NCBI GenBank assembly: GCA_973895155.1
Contig: OZ316899.1
Location: forward strand, 1,759,573 to 1,823,572
Length of the DNA: 64,000 nt
Source: Marsupella aquatica
Lineage: Eukaryota > Plantae > Marchantiophyta
Direction of reading: 5' to 3'
Part shown: positions 11,664 through 23,288 of the stretch, piece by piece
Layout: every line of letters begins with the position of its first letter
Position numbering within the stretch: position 1 is the first letter of the stretch
Position numbers and translations under genes: made by a program
The notes under the pieces: model-generated
Database searches by the model: none
Told to the model about the DNA's origin: nothing
Seen by the model: only the letters and a program-made list of their open reading frames with translations

Positions 11664-12935
11664 TGTCACGCGATTGACATGGGTCTTAACACCAAAAACG
11701 TCACTATGGGTGCCAAAACCATCTCCTTGTACCCGAGGATCACGAAGGGATGTTGTGAAGGCCGGTAAACACCAATTTATGCCCTTAACACCAGACTATC
11801 ATAGCAAGACTCTATCACACATCACCCAAGCTCAATCCCAAGGAACCAAGGTTGGGGATCAGATCTGCGCTCATGATAGTTCTGGTGAGAAGGGGTCTTC
11901 ATATCGGGCCCGTACACACAGGGCCTAGCGCTACGGTGCGCATAGGTCTATACATATGCTTACTATCATAGGTATGTTTCTATTCTGCCGCCGGACTATA
12001 CCCATAAACCAGTGACTCCTGACTGATTCCCGGCTTAGGGACTTCTAAGCCATTGCCCCACCACTCTGCCATTCCACTCTCAGCAATCACAGCTATGACA
12101 GTCCTCACCCAGCCCGCTTCAATGCACCCTATACACCTCTCAGTGGCGCTGCTAGTCCCATCATACACTCAGATTGCCTCACACACACACATCCATGAGA
12201 AAAATGAGGCCTGAGAGGAAAACTCAATTAGATTCAAAGATGTGCACAATAGTTCACTGAGAACACTTGATCCGAACACTAGGGCCGAAGGCTGTCTCCT
12301 CCAGATTGTGACGTGCTTGCCCCGCAAGCCCCATGCTTGCCATGCAAGCTCAATCCTAAACCTGAGCCCGGCTCACTCCAGATTGTGACGGCAGATTGGA
12401 CTCAAACCAATCCCGTACTTGCCTTGCAAACTCAATCCTAAACTCAACCTCCTTCATTGCACTTCATTCTTGGGGGCACATACAGATCTCACACCTCCAA
12501 TTCAGAACGTCAAGTTATGCATGCATAGTTGACTCGACTTCAAAGCTGGTACCAGGCCTAACGACGATCTACCCCAGACTGCAATGAGGCCCGGCCTCAT
12601 GCTTGCCTTGCAAGCTCAGCTCTGGCCATAAATCCCTTAGTGCTCTCTACCAGACAAAGGCCGGGACTCCCCATGGATCACGTAGCCTTGCCAGACCAAA
12701 CTGTAGATGCTCCTTCTGCTGCCCCTCAATCAGTATCTCAGCCTCCCTAATGTGCTCACCACAAATCAAATTGACATCCTCCCCACAGTTTACAATCACC
12801 AATACATCACCTATCACCAAGGCTCTGTATCGGGGGAAAAGAACCCAGTTGTGCTGCCCACTAGAAAGAGCCACAATCCAGCTCGCAAACCTAGCAACCC
12901 ATTGCAGCTGTGAAGCTTGGCTGATTACTCCCTGA

Positions 12936-13265
12936 ATCACCCTATTCATTATTTTGTTCACTTTTAGGCCTCGAAATGTACACTTTTTGGTCTCTAAATG
13001 TACACTTTTTAACCCCAAAAGGTATACTATAGTACAATACTCTACACCTAAATAGTCAATTGTAAACTTGAGGGAGAAAAAAATGATCTTTACTAGAAGG
13101 AGTCCATCCTAGTTCATTTATAAAAGATGAACATGGTGGTATGTCTGATGGCCATCACTTTTATTTTTTGCCCAAATGTACACTTTTTGAAAGCCAAATG
13201 TACACTTTCTATTGCCCAAATGTTCACAAATTGAATAATAATTCACTTTTAATGAATAGATTGAT
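12936..13265. mobile_element. 330-bp MITE inside LTR B
   Basis: 16-bp TIRs ATCA(CC/AT)CTATTCATTA (14/16 match); CTGA on both sides; absent at the homologous site of LTR A (~6515-6525); internal aaatgtacactttt repeats. Confidence 0.75.
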
Positions 13266-13839
13266 CTGAGTAATAGCACAACCAAGCTCTCCCCAACACG
13301 CAGCGTCCAAGTCCAGCCTTGCTTGCAAAGAGCTCCTCCCTGTTGCTCAGTCTAAGTGAGATCACACAACTGAAGTCCCCCCCCCCCCCTTGCCTCTACC
13401 GAGGGGCTGCTCTATATACTCTCATACTGAGCCCAAATGGGTGGATACTACGCTGCTGGAGCCCCATCCCAGCCCTAACAGAGCCGCCACTATCTCTAAC
13501 TACTGAACCCTAACTCGCAACTTTATTTCTATCTTGAATTGGCTATGTACTTCGGATTTGGCCCTCCTCCATGGTTTTTGCGAGCTTGCACCTCCTCTCC
13601 CAATTTCTCTATTCAACCATTTGCTGCGTGGATAGCAGCGTTGGAAGCGGCTTGAGCTCCTCTTTCCAACGAGGTCAATTATAGCCGATTTGGCCAAATA
13701 CACAGAAAGTTATGCCCCCACAACCGAGAGGGGGTACTCATTGCTACGCTAACCCGAGTTACATAGCTAACCCGAGTTTGGCTAGCCTAGCTATCCTATC
13801 TAACCTTAGAAGAGTTAACCCGTGGCCTCGGGCTAAGCC

Positions 13840-14205
13840 GCTATCCGTGTCCGCTATCCGTGTTCGTTGTCCGTGTCAGTTGTCCGTGTCCGTTGTCCGT
13901 GTTTGTTGTCCGTGTCCGTTATCTGTGTCCGCTATCTGTGCTTGTTGTCTACTATCTGTGTCCGTTGTCCATGTTCGTTGTCCGCTATCCATTGTCCGTT
14001 TCCGTTGTCCGTGTCCGTTGTCCGCTATCCGTTATCCGCTATCCGTTGTCCCGGGTTTAGTCTAACCCCAATCTAAATCCGCTAGCCACTATCCGTATCC
14101 GCTATCTGTATCCGCTAACCTCTATCCGTATCCGCTATCCGTGTCCGCTAACCTCTATCCGTATCCGCTATCCGTGTCCGCTAACCTCTATCCGTATCCG
14201 CTATC
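13840..14205. repeat. Minisatellite in LTR B (tatccgtgtccg / gttgtccgt units)
   Basis: Direct inspection; source of the Cys/Val-rich spurious ORFs. Confidence 0.85.
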
Positions 14206-14530
14206 CCGGGTTACACACTAACCCGTCACACTAATAAGATCATATCTTTCCTAATACACCCCCATTTTGAGAGTGTTTTATATCGATTTTACTCGCCTTG
14301 ACCAGATCTTTCCAATGCTCTTTACAGATCCGGATTTGGTCACATATTGAAAGAGATATGATCGCCGACCACCCGCGACATAGCTTTTATTTCCCTATTC
14401 TTAATGCCATGATTGCCCTTATTCTTGCCATCTTGCTAATTGTTATGCAATATCAATAGCTACTCCTTGCATACAGCAGCCTAGTTAATCAGATTAAAGA
14501 ATAAGGACCATGTCATCGGCGTCACAATTT

Positions 14531-14678
14531 CCCCACGGAACGGTGTTCCGTACGCTTAGTCGGATTTCCCCACAGAATGGTGTTATGCGCGCTTCATCGG
14601 ATTTCCCCACGGAACGGTGTTCTGCGCGCTTAGTCGGATTTCCCCACGGAACGGTGTTCCGCGCACTTAGTAGGACTT
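14531..14678. repeat. Four 37-bp tandem units ccccacggaacggtgttccgcgcgcttagtcggattt, right part of array
   Basis: Units start at 14531, 14568, 14605, 14642. Confidence 0.9.
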
Positions 14679-14702
14679 GCTGGTTTTGTTAATTAAAACG
14701 AT

Positions 14703-16881
14703 TTGGAACTTACCTACAAAATGATTTGGGTGATATTAGGTGTCGACCCTAAGACGCATTCAAGCAAGAGATTACCTAGTCCATTGAAGAGAATCGATTA
14801 CCACAATGAGGAATTGGAGTCGGGTGATGAGAAAGATGAGGATAAGGAGAATGAGAAATCCGAACGCAAGGAGGAGGCATATGATGATGATGGCGCTGAT
14901 GATGACAAGAACGACGATGACGACGATAATGACTCGCAAAGGGGCAAACAACGTTCCAAATCCAGATGTGATCGTGAAGGAAGCGATTTACATTCTGATG
15001 GGGATTTCGAGAGCGAATCAGCAAATGCAGATTTGGGGAATGAGGTTGGTCACCAGGTGGGGAGAGCGGAAAGTCAGTAGGAGATTCAGAGGATTCTGAA
15101 AGTCGGGAAAGAGAAGCCGAGGTGTTGAGGAAAAAGAAGGTGGAGTTAGAGAAAGAGCTTGAGCTCGCAACAAAAAAACTCAAATTTGACTTGAAGTCTG
15201 CCTCAGAATCAAAAAAGAATGTTGATGAGGGCAAAACTTCAGGGAAAAAAGAAAAAAAAAGTATACGTGTCAAAAAAGAAAAAAAAGGAAACTGAAGAGT
15301 TGGAGAGGAAGGAGCGACAGAAAAAGGAACGGCGGGAGAAAGAGGAGAAAGAAGAGCAAAAGGAGAGAGAGGAAAGGGAGAGGAAGGAAAGGGAGGAGAA
15401 AGAGAAGGAGGAGGAAGAAGAGAGAAAGGATCGAGAGGAGAAAGAGAGGGAAGAGGAAGAACGGAAGCAAAAGAAAGATGACGAAGAACAAGAGGAGGAA
15501 GAGAACAAGGGGGATGAAGACGACGAAGATGATGAGAAGGAAGAGGAAGAACGGAAGAAAAAGAAAGATGACGAAGATCAAGATGAAGGGAAACAAGAGG
15601 AGGAAGACGAGGGGAAGGAGGACGAGGGAAAGGAGGACGAGGTAAAGGAGCAACATGAAGGAGGGAGAGGAAAGAAGCCAAGAGAGAAAAGAGAGAGAAA
15701 GAGAAGAGAGGGAGAGGAAAAAAGCCCAAGAGAGAAAAGAGAGAGAAGAGAGAGAAAGAGAAGAGAGGGAGAGGAAAGAAGCCCAAGAGAGAGAAGAGAG
15801 AAGAGAGAGACAGAGAAGAGAGAGACAGAGAGGAAAGAAGCCCAAGAGAGAGAAGAGAGAGAAACAGAAGAGAGAGAAAGAGAAAAGAGGGAGAGGAAAG
15901 AAGCCCAAGAGAGAGAAGAGAGAGAAAGGGAAGAGAGGGAGAGGAAAGATTCAGAAGAGAGAAAAAGAGAAGAGAGGGAGAGGAAAGATGCAGAAGAGAG
16001 AAAAAGAGAAGAGAGGGAGAGGAAAGAAGCCGAAGAGAGACAAGAGAGAGAAAGAGAAGATAAGAAGAGGAAAGAAGCAGAAGAGCGGGAGAAGAATGAA
16101 GCCGAAGAGAAGGAGAGGAGAGCAGCTCAAGACAAACAAGAGGAGGAGAGGAAAGATGCAGAAGAAAGGGAAAGAGAAGAGATGGAGAAAGAAAAAAGGG
16201 TTGATAGTGAAGGGAAGAACATGATTGAAATTAGTGGAAAAGAAGATGGAGAGTGGTCGCCGGATGCGCTCAACAATGAAGCAGACGAGTTCATCCATTT
16301 ATCAGCTGACAATACGAGCTTGGACATGGCGACGGACATGCAATGCGCAAATACTTTAAGGGAGTTAAGACTCCCTTTTGGGGGACGATGCTTGAAGAAA
16401 CAAAAGTTATCCAATTTGGAATCTTCAAAGCAGAAGCTCAATTTTGAGGATTGTTTAATGAAAGACTTCGTTATGCCGCGGAACGCTGTTCCGCCGGACT
16501 CCTCTGCACTGGTGGACGTTGATTCAAGTTTTCATGGGACTGGAAAAGAGACACTGTCGGCATCAGATTTGAAAGCCATAAACTCAAGAACAAAGTCTGC
16601 TTCTTCACGAGTTCCAAAGGTACAATTTCTATAATTTTAGTGAAGCTTTAGGCGGTTTCAACTATTCTCGAACGAATAGGTTGCTAAATTAAACTTTGAT
16701 TTTGCAAATAATGCCTCTTACATTATCTGAAAGTAGCGAGAGGTTGATAGACAATTGCCTCAGTCTATCCTTGGATGATAGAGAGGTTTTGACCACTATC
16801 GATGACATCGACATCACTCGTAACGTTATGAAATCTCTCCGTCCACGATACTGGCTGGCTTTGGATATTATTAATGGATAC
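14703..16881 (+). pseudogene. Ulp1/C48 SUMO protease gene, 5' part: acidic/charged low-complexity N-terminus and start of catalytic domain
   Basis: ORFs 14703-15080 and 15219-16634 (frameshifts in A-runs); probable donor at 16620; then EVLTTIDDIDITRNVMKSLRPRYWLALDIINGY, resembling the ESD4/ULP1a DIT...LRP..WL.D.VIN.Y block. Confidence 0.75.
15255..16205 (+). repeat. Almost purine-only (A/G) tandem-expanded tract encoding E/K/R repeats
   Basis: Repeated gagagagaaagagaagagagggagaggaaagaag-type units. Confidence 0.85.
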
Positions 16882-17027
16882 TGTTAAACATCACAATAAC
16901 TCCAACAGTTTTACTCATTCAATCCCTTCATATACATAGTCGGTTGTCTAGGTGGTTGGTTGTATAACCGTCATGGGTTAGGGTTTTAGTCCTAACCTTA
17001 GGTAGACATGTTCTAGGGGTTGCAACA

Positions 17028-17037
17028 CTCCCCCTTG
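17028..17037 (-). promoter_or_regulatory. Polypurine tract of the copia element
   Basis: CAAGGGGGAG (minus strand) abutting the 3' LTR. Confidence 0.85.
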
Positions 17038-17641
17038 GATACATCTTTGTTATAGAGAAGATGTAGACATTTAAAGTCTACCTTGGCTATCTATTGGGGA
17101 ATTGAGTTGTCTTCTAGTTTATTGTATGGTAGGGGTATAGTATGATAAAAAGAAGGTGGGGTGTAACCTCATTAAAACCTCCCCTCCTTTCTTGTGGGAG
17201 GAAAGAGTGTTACCACCCGTCCCTTTGTTGAGTCAGGTTTGTCTAAGTAAAAGTGTAAATGTATAAAATTGTCTTAACCTAAATGTTATTGGAAATTGTT
17301 TGGTAGTGTAAGGTGGTAAGTAGTTTGTAGGGTTGTCGTTGCAGTCGATTAGGTTGGTGCTGTGTTGTAGTGGTTTTGGTTGTCACGGAGGTGCTGCATC
17401 GATCGTCTTCGTGCATGGTATTGCTGTCTGCTTCTGCGGAGTTGAAGTAATCACCATATCAGTGATTCATGAAGTCTGTGTTGGTCTTCTGGTGAGTTCA
17501 TCGGTGGTGCGGTGAGCTGGATTGTTGATTGGTGATGCTGGTCGATTTGAGTGTAGTGCCGCAGTTGGGTCTTCGGGGAGCAGTGTCGTCTGTCTGGGAG
17601 CTGGAGGTAAGTGCGCGCTCCCCCTGAGTCTTGGAAGGTCT

Positions 17642-20600
17642 TTATGTGGTTTGCTTCTCCTGTGACAGTTCCAAAAGGCTATACATTCCAAGTAATCGGA
17701 TTAGTGCCTTATGTAGTACTGGAGGTAGAGATTTTGTGAAGAGGTCTGCAGCGTTCTTCGAACTCGGGATCCATTGGACGTTAATTGTGTCGCCATGTTG
17801 TTCCTGTGTAAAGAAATTTTTTGGGGAAATGTGTTTTGTCTTGTCACCTTTGATGAATCCTGCAGAAATTTGTTCTATGCATGGTCTGTTATCTTCGTAG
17901 ATGACAGTAGGGGAGTTGAGTTTAGGTTTACCTGTGGTTTCTGTAATTGATTACATTCTGTAACCAGATGCACTCGCGGCTCGCCTCATAGAGTGCAATT
18001 ATTTCTGAGTGATTTGAAGAAGTGGTGGTAAGTGTTTGTTTTGTGCTTCGCCACGAGATAGCTGTAGGTCCGATTAGAAAGACGTATCCGGTCTGAGATT
18101 TGGCGTCCGTAGTGTCGGATAAGTACCCAGCGTCAGCATAGCCCGTTAGCGTGATGTCTGCTTCATTGTAGTAGAATAATCCAAGATCAATGGTGCCATT
18201 GAGGTAACGGAATATACGTTTAATCCCGTTCCAGTGTCGGATCGTGGGTTGTGAGCTATACCTGGCTAGCAGGTTGACTGCGAAAGCGATGTCAGGTCGG
18301 GTCTGTGAAGATAAGAATAGGAGTGCGCCAATAGCCGATAAGTATGGCTTCTCGGAGCCAAGCAGTGGCTCCTCTTCATTTCTTTTCCGGAAAATGTCTT
18401 TATCTCTGTCGAGAGAACGTATGTCCATTGGTGACTTGACTGCCTTTTTGTTATGCATATTGAATTTCTTTAGCATTCTACGTGTATATGTAGATTGGTG
18501 GAGTAGTACTCCGTGTGGTAGGTATTCGAATTGCAATCCGAGGCAGAATGTAGTTCTGCCTAAATCTCTGATCTCGAACACCTTGTTCAGTTGTTTGATT
18601 GTATCTTGCAGGACCTTGGTGTTCCAAATAAATTCAAGTCGTCCACGTATATTGCTACTATGATGATCTCTTGTCTTTCTTGTTTGATGAATAAGCATGG
18701 TGAAAGGTCTGAAGTTTTGAAACCCATTGCCATCATCTCTGTCTTAAAATGTCTGTACCAGGTACGCCCACTCTGTTTGAGTCCATACATGGATCTGAGG
18801 ACTTGGACAGCAAGTCGGTTCCGAGCAGTAAGTGTTTTCGGATCTGTTCCCTGTGTAGCAGGGGCCTTCCAAGAGATTGCTTTGGCGGTAGTGTGTAGCA
18901 CTTTCTTGTTTGTGTGGCCAAAAGGGCCTTCATTCTTGGTGGGAGCGTTTTGTAGTCTGTGCTCCCCCTGAATATGGTAATGAACTCTGGTTAGTAATTC
19001 AGGAGGGGCTTCCATGTAAATGATGGTATCAAGATGTCCATATAGATAAGCAGTGACTATGTCAAGTTGATGCATTGTCAATTTATGATGTATTGCGAAT
19101 GCTATCAAGTATCTATATGTGATCACGTCCATGACAGGTGAGTAGGTCAGGTCGTAATCTCTGCCGGGTATCTGGGTAAATCCTTTGGCCACTAGTCGTG
19201 CCTTGTATCTGACTATTTCACCTTCTGCATTCCTCTTTTTGACGAATGTCCATTTGTATCCGGTGAGGTGAGTATCAGGAGTTACTGGCGTTATGGGTCC
19301 GAATACTTGTCGGGAAATCAGGGAGTCCAGTTCTGAATTGACTGCCTTCTGCCATTCCTGCCAATCATGTTGTTTTCTCGCTTCTGCTATGGTTAAGGGA
19401 TCAGGCGAGTCCTCCATCATTGCTGTTGATATTTGGAATGCGAATGTGTTGTCTGGTATTGTGGTGGGTCTATTATGGATTTCGCCTGTGTAGTTGTAGT
19501 TAATGGCTATTTCTTCGTTCTCTGTCGGGGTGGTCTGTTGGGCCCTCCTCTGGCGAGGATGTTTATCCGCGGCTCCAGGAGGTCTTCCTCTTTTCTTGCG
19601 CGGTTCAATGCTTGTGGCTGGCTGGTGGTCCATATTGATTCTAAATGGTGCGTTGGTAGCTGGGTTATGGGATCTGGTCACTTTAGCAACATCTGCGAAT
19701 GCATCGGGTAATTCTTCCATAACTCGAGTAAGGTGTAGTATTCGTTGTACCTCTGTATCTGTTTGGGAAGTTCTGGGGTCGTTCCAGAATTGGGAGTTGA
19801 TTTGCCAGGCTAGTAGTTTGGTGGCAGGTTCTGATGTTTTTGGTGTGGTGTTTAAGGCTGGGAATACTGTCTCATAGAAGTGGCAATCGGCAAATCTAGC
19901 TTTATATACGTCAGCAGTTGTAGGTTCTAGGTATCTAATAATGGATGTGGAGTCGAAACCTATGTAGATCCCCTTCTGCCTCTGGGGTCCCAGTTTAGTC
20001 CTCTTGGGTCCCATTATGGGAACCAGGACCTGGCAACCGAATGTTCGGAGGTGTGCCAGGTTAGGTGAGATGCCAAATGCAAGGTGGTGTGGGGAGCTCG
20101 TGTTAAAAGCAGATGGCCTGTATCTAAGGAGTGAAGCAGCATGTAGGATGGCGTGGCCCCAGGCAGATGATGGGAGACTGGTTTGCATGAGGAGTGGCCG
20201 AGCTATTGTTTGTAGATGTTTAATGAGGGATTCTGCAATCCCATTTTGGAAATGAACGTAGGCTACAGGGTATTCAACCTCAATCCCAGATGCAATGCAG
20301 AAGTCATCGAATGTCTGTGATGTGAATTCTCCCGCGTTGTCTACTCTTAATGTTTTGATGGGGTAGTCGGGAAATTGTGCTTTTAGGCGCAGGATATGGG
20401 CTAAGAGTCGGGAGAAGACTAAGTTGCGTGTTGAGAGGAGGGAGACCTGGGACCATTTTGATGAGGCATCAATGGTAGCTAAGAAGAACCTGAAGGGTCC
20501 GCTTGGGGGATCGACGGGGCCGCATACATCCGCATGTATTCGCTCGAGGAATTTGGGGATATTCTTGTCTGTTTTGGATGGGGAAGGTCTCATTGTGAGT

Positions 20601-22189
20601 TTTCCCTGTGAGCATGCTAGGCAACCTGGGGATCGGATGGATGTTGGGTGTACTGAGGTGGGTATTCCCTGCGTGTCTTTGAGGATCTTATGGAACATCT
20701 GTGTGCCTGGGTGTCCCAGGCGGCGATGCCATGTTTCGGTTATAGTCTGTGGAGGGGTCTCATTGAAAAAGGTGTGGATTCTAATGGCGTAGAATCCCAA
20801 TGGAAAAGCTATCAGGGTCTCTTTTATTTCTATGCCATTCTTGGTCTTGGCCACGATGTGTAATACTTCTTGGGATTCGTGGATGCTGGTGTGGATGTGC
20901 AGGCCGTTCTCTCGGATGTCCTTGAAACTCAAGAGGTTACGTGTGGCCTTCGGGGCGTATATTGCAGATTTAATGTGTATAACCGTGCCCTTGGGCAGGA
21001 CCAGGTTGGCTGGGCCATTGCCCTCTTCTAGCTGATGGTTGCCCATAATTGTGGTAACTCTCCGTTGGGAGGGTACGATCTGGGTAAAGTAAACTTTGGT
21101 TCTTAATATTGAGTGTGAGGTCCCGCTGTCTAGTATGCAGTAATGAGGGTCATCCAGGGCTTTAGACATTTCGGATTGGAAGGCGAGGTGAAGTTCGGGT
21201 AAGATTTCTGGAGTTTCTAGGAATGCTCCATGTGTCTCGTATTCATCATTATGTAAGTTCTTTTGGTATAGCGCGACGAGGTGTGTTGGGGCCCGGCAAG
21301 TTTTCCTGATGTGGCCTTTAGTTCCGCACCTATGGCAAATTGGGGGGTTGTCTGACTTATCTGTGTGGGCGTTCTGCCGTTGTTGATTGCCGTTGTTTCT
21401 TGGCCAGTTGTTGCGAAAGGTTCCTGATTGCGCTCTGCCCCGACCCCTTCCTCCGCGGTAATTGCTCCTTCCGCCCCGTTGGAAATTGTTGCCTCGTCCA
21501 TGGAAGTTATTCCTTCCACGATAGCTACCTCTGCCGCGATATGAGGTGCCAGAGCCTCGTCTCCATGTATTGAAGTGTGTTTCAGGATTGGTCTGTGGAG
21601 GTAGGGTCCCGGGAGGTCGCCGCTTGGTGTTCTGTAATAGCAGAATTTGATACTTCTCTGCTAGCAACATGTGGGCGATCAGTTCGAAGTATGTTGTGAA
21701 TCTCATGTTGCGGTATTGTGTGGATAGTACTAAATTGGTTGAGTGAAATGTTGACAGGGTCTTTTCGATTTGTTCCTCTTCATCGACCGGGTGGCCACAA
21801 ATCGCCAATTGTGATACAATTCGGAAAAGTTCGTTGTTGTACTCAGCGATCGTCTTGTGGTCCTGTACCCGGAGATTAATCCAGTCGTGCCTCGCTGCTG
21901 GGAGGAAGATCGTGCGCGTATGGTCGAATCTTGCATGGAGCTCGTCCCATAGAACTCGGGGGTTGTAGGCATTCATATATTGGCGTTTTAGAGAATCGGC
22001 AAGGTGGTGTCGAATCAGGATCAGGGCCTTCGCCTTCTCCTGTAGGGTGGGGCCATTGTCTGTTAGGATTGTATCTTCTAGGTTCTTTGATGTGAGATGC
22101 GCCTCGACATCCAGTGTCCATGATAAGAAATTTGATCCGTCTATACATAACGCTTGGAAATACAGCTTCTCAATCGCATTTGTTGTCAT
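17642..22189 (-). pseudogene. Copia gag-pol polyprotein with two frameshifts
   Basis: ORF 18587-22189: CHRCGTKGHIRKTC knuckle, ILDSGTSH protease, WHRRLGHP/DNAGEF integrase, YGLKQSG and YVDD RT; frameshifts near 18620 and 17940; RH ends at 17642. Confidence 0.92.
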
Positions 22190-22481
22190 TGTATTCAGTG
22201 ATGAGCGTAGATTCGGAGGGTGATTGTGCAGATCCGTCTCTGCTCAGCGATATGTTGTGATGTGTAACGTTCACCGGGTGAATCTGCCTCGAATTGTAAT
22301 TTATGGGATTGTTGTCAAGAGTGTATGTTGTTCATCTGCAATCATCTTCCTTTCGTCAAATCGTGGGTGGGTCGGGACGGAATCGGGAAAAAAAACTTTT
22401 GGTCTTCAAATTGAAAAAAAATGGAATTGGGATCGGTCTGCACTCGTACTGTAGGTCGGAAAAAAAATCTCAGGAGTACAC

Positions 22482-22495
22482 TCGTGCTGATAACG
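22482..22495 (-). promoter_or_regulatory. PBS complementary to the anticodon arm of tRNA-Ile (half-tRNA priming)
   Basis: CGTTATCAGCACGA directly after the 5' LTR; complement TCGTGCT-G-ATAACG matches the plant tRNA-Ile arm UCGUGCU-A(I)-AUAACG as recalled. Confidence 0.65.
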
Positions 22496-22646
22496 TGTTA
22501 AACATCACAATAACTCCAACAGTTTTACTCATTCAATCCCTTCATATACATAGTCGGTTGTCTAGGTGGTTGGTTGTATAACCGTCATGGGTTAGGGGTT
22601 TAGTCCTAACCTTAGGTAGACATGTTCTAGGGGTTGCAACAGATAC

Positions 22647-23159
22647 TTCATTTTACTAAAGAAAAAAGAGATATCTTCAAGATGTCATTTTTTCAACACA
22701 TGGTTTTATGGTAAACTCACCAAGAACATATATTGTTATAGTCCGTGCATATCAAGATGGTCCTCAAGACTAGGATATAGCTTGTTCGACTGTGAGAAAG
22801 CTTTTGTACCAATTCTCCACAACTCTCATTGGAGTCTTGCTGTCATTGACTTCAAGAAAAAGAGTTTAAAATATTTAGACTCCTTTCATAATGCAGATTC
22901 TAAAGTCCTAGACAATTTGTGGCGGTATATTTTAGACAAAGCAAAAGATAAAGGATTAGCTTCTTTTGATATTAATGGTTGGAGCCGATCCTTTCCAAAA
23001 GATATTCCAAAATAGGAGGATTCCTATAATTGCGGAATGTTTGTAATTATGTTTGGATATTGTGAAAGTTTAAGAAAACCATATTTGTTTCATTGGAGTA
23101 GTCGAAGTGAAAGTAGACGTGAAGTAGTTCTCCAATTAATGCGTAAAAATATTAGTTAG
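22647..23159 (+). pseudogene. Ulp1/C48 SUMO protease gene, 3' catalytic part
   Basis: In frame across the copia TSD: NGY|FILLKKKEISSRCHFFNTWFYGKL...VPILHNSHWSLAVID...IPK*EDSYNCGMFV; His/Asp/Cys present, TAG 23013-23015 where Gln is expected. Confidence 0.88.
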
Positions 23160-23288
23160 GCTATTATGGTCAGACTTCATTTTATAATACATTCCCAAGT
23201 GAAATGTTTAATGAAATTGACATCGTAAATACGGGTTGTTACATAATTATGTGAGTAATATTTTGATGGTTTGTTTTATTTGGTACAG

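Larger units (their letters stand above)
11664..14526. mobile_element. Solo LTR B (inverted relative to solo LTR A)
   Basis: TGTCAC...GTCACA ends; TSD ATTTC at 11659-11663 and 14527-14531. Confidence 0.9.
16882..22641 (-). mobile_element. Full-length Ty1/copia LTR retrotransposon, Bianca-like
   Basis: 146-bp LTRs 16882-17027 and 22496-22641 (TG...CA, one mismatch); TSD GATAC 16877-16881 and 22642-22646; gag-PR-IN-RT-RH order; RH GFIKGDKTKHISPK...ADLFTKSLP. Confidence 0.95.

Noticed and set aside
13712-14076. Cys-rich metallothionein-like ORFs
   Set aside because: Products of the tatccgtgtccg minisatellite in all frames
3123-14526. Giant terminal inverted repeats of a composite DNA transposon carrying the ParB-like gene
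   Set aside because: Each arm has its own TG...CA ends and its own 5-bp TSD (GTCAT, ATTTC); outer flanks do not match each other
14776-16441. Minus-strand Phe/Leu/Ser-rich membrane proteins
   Set aside because: Antisense reading of the purine-rich E/K/R tract
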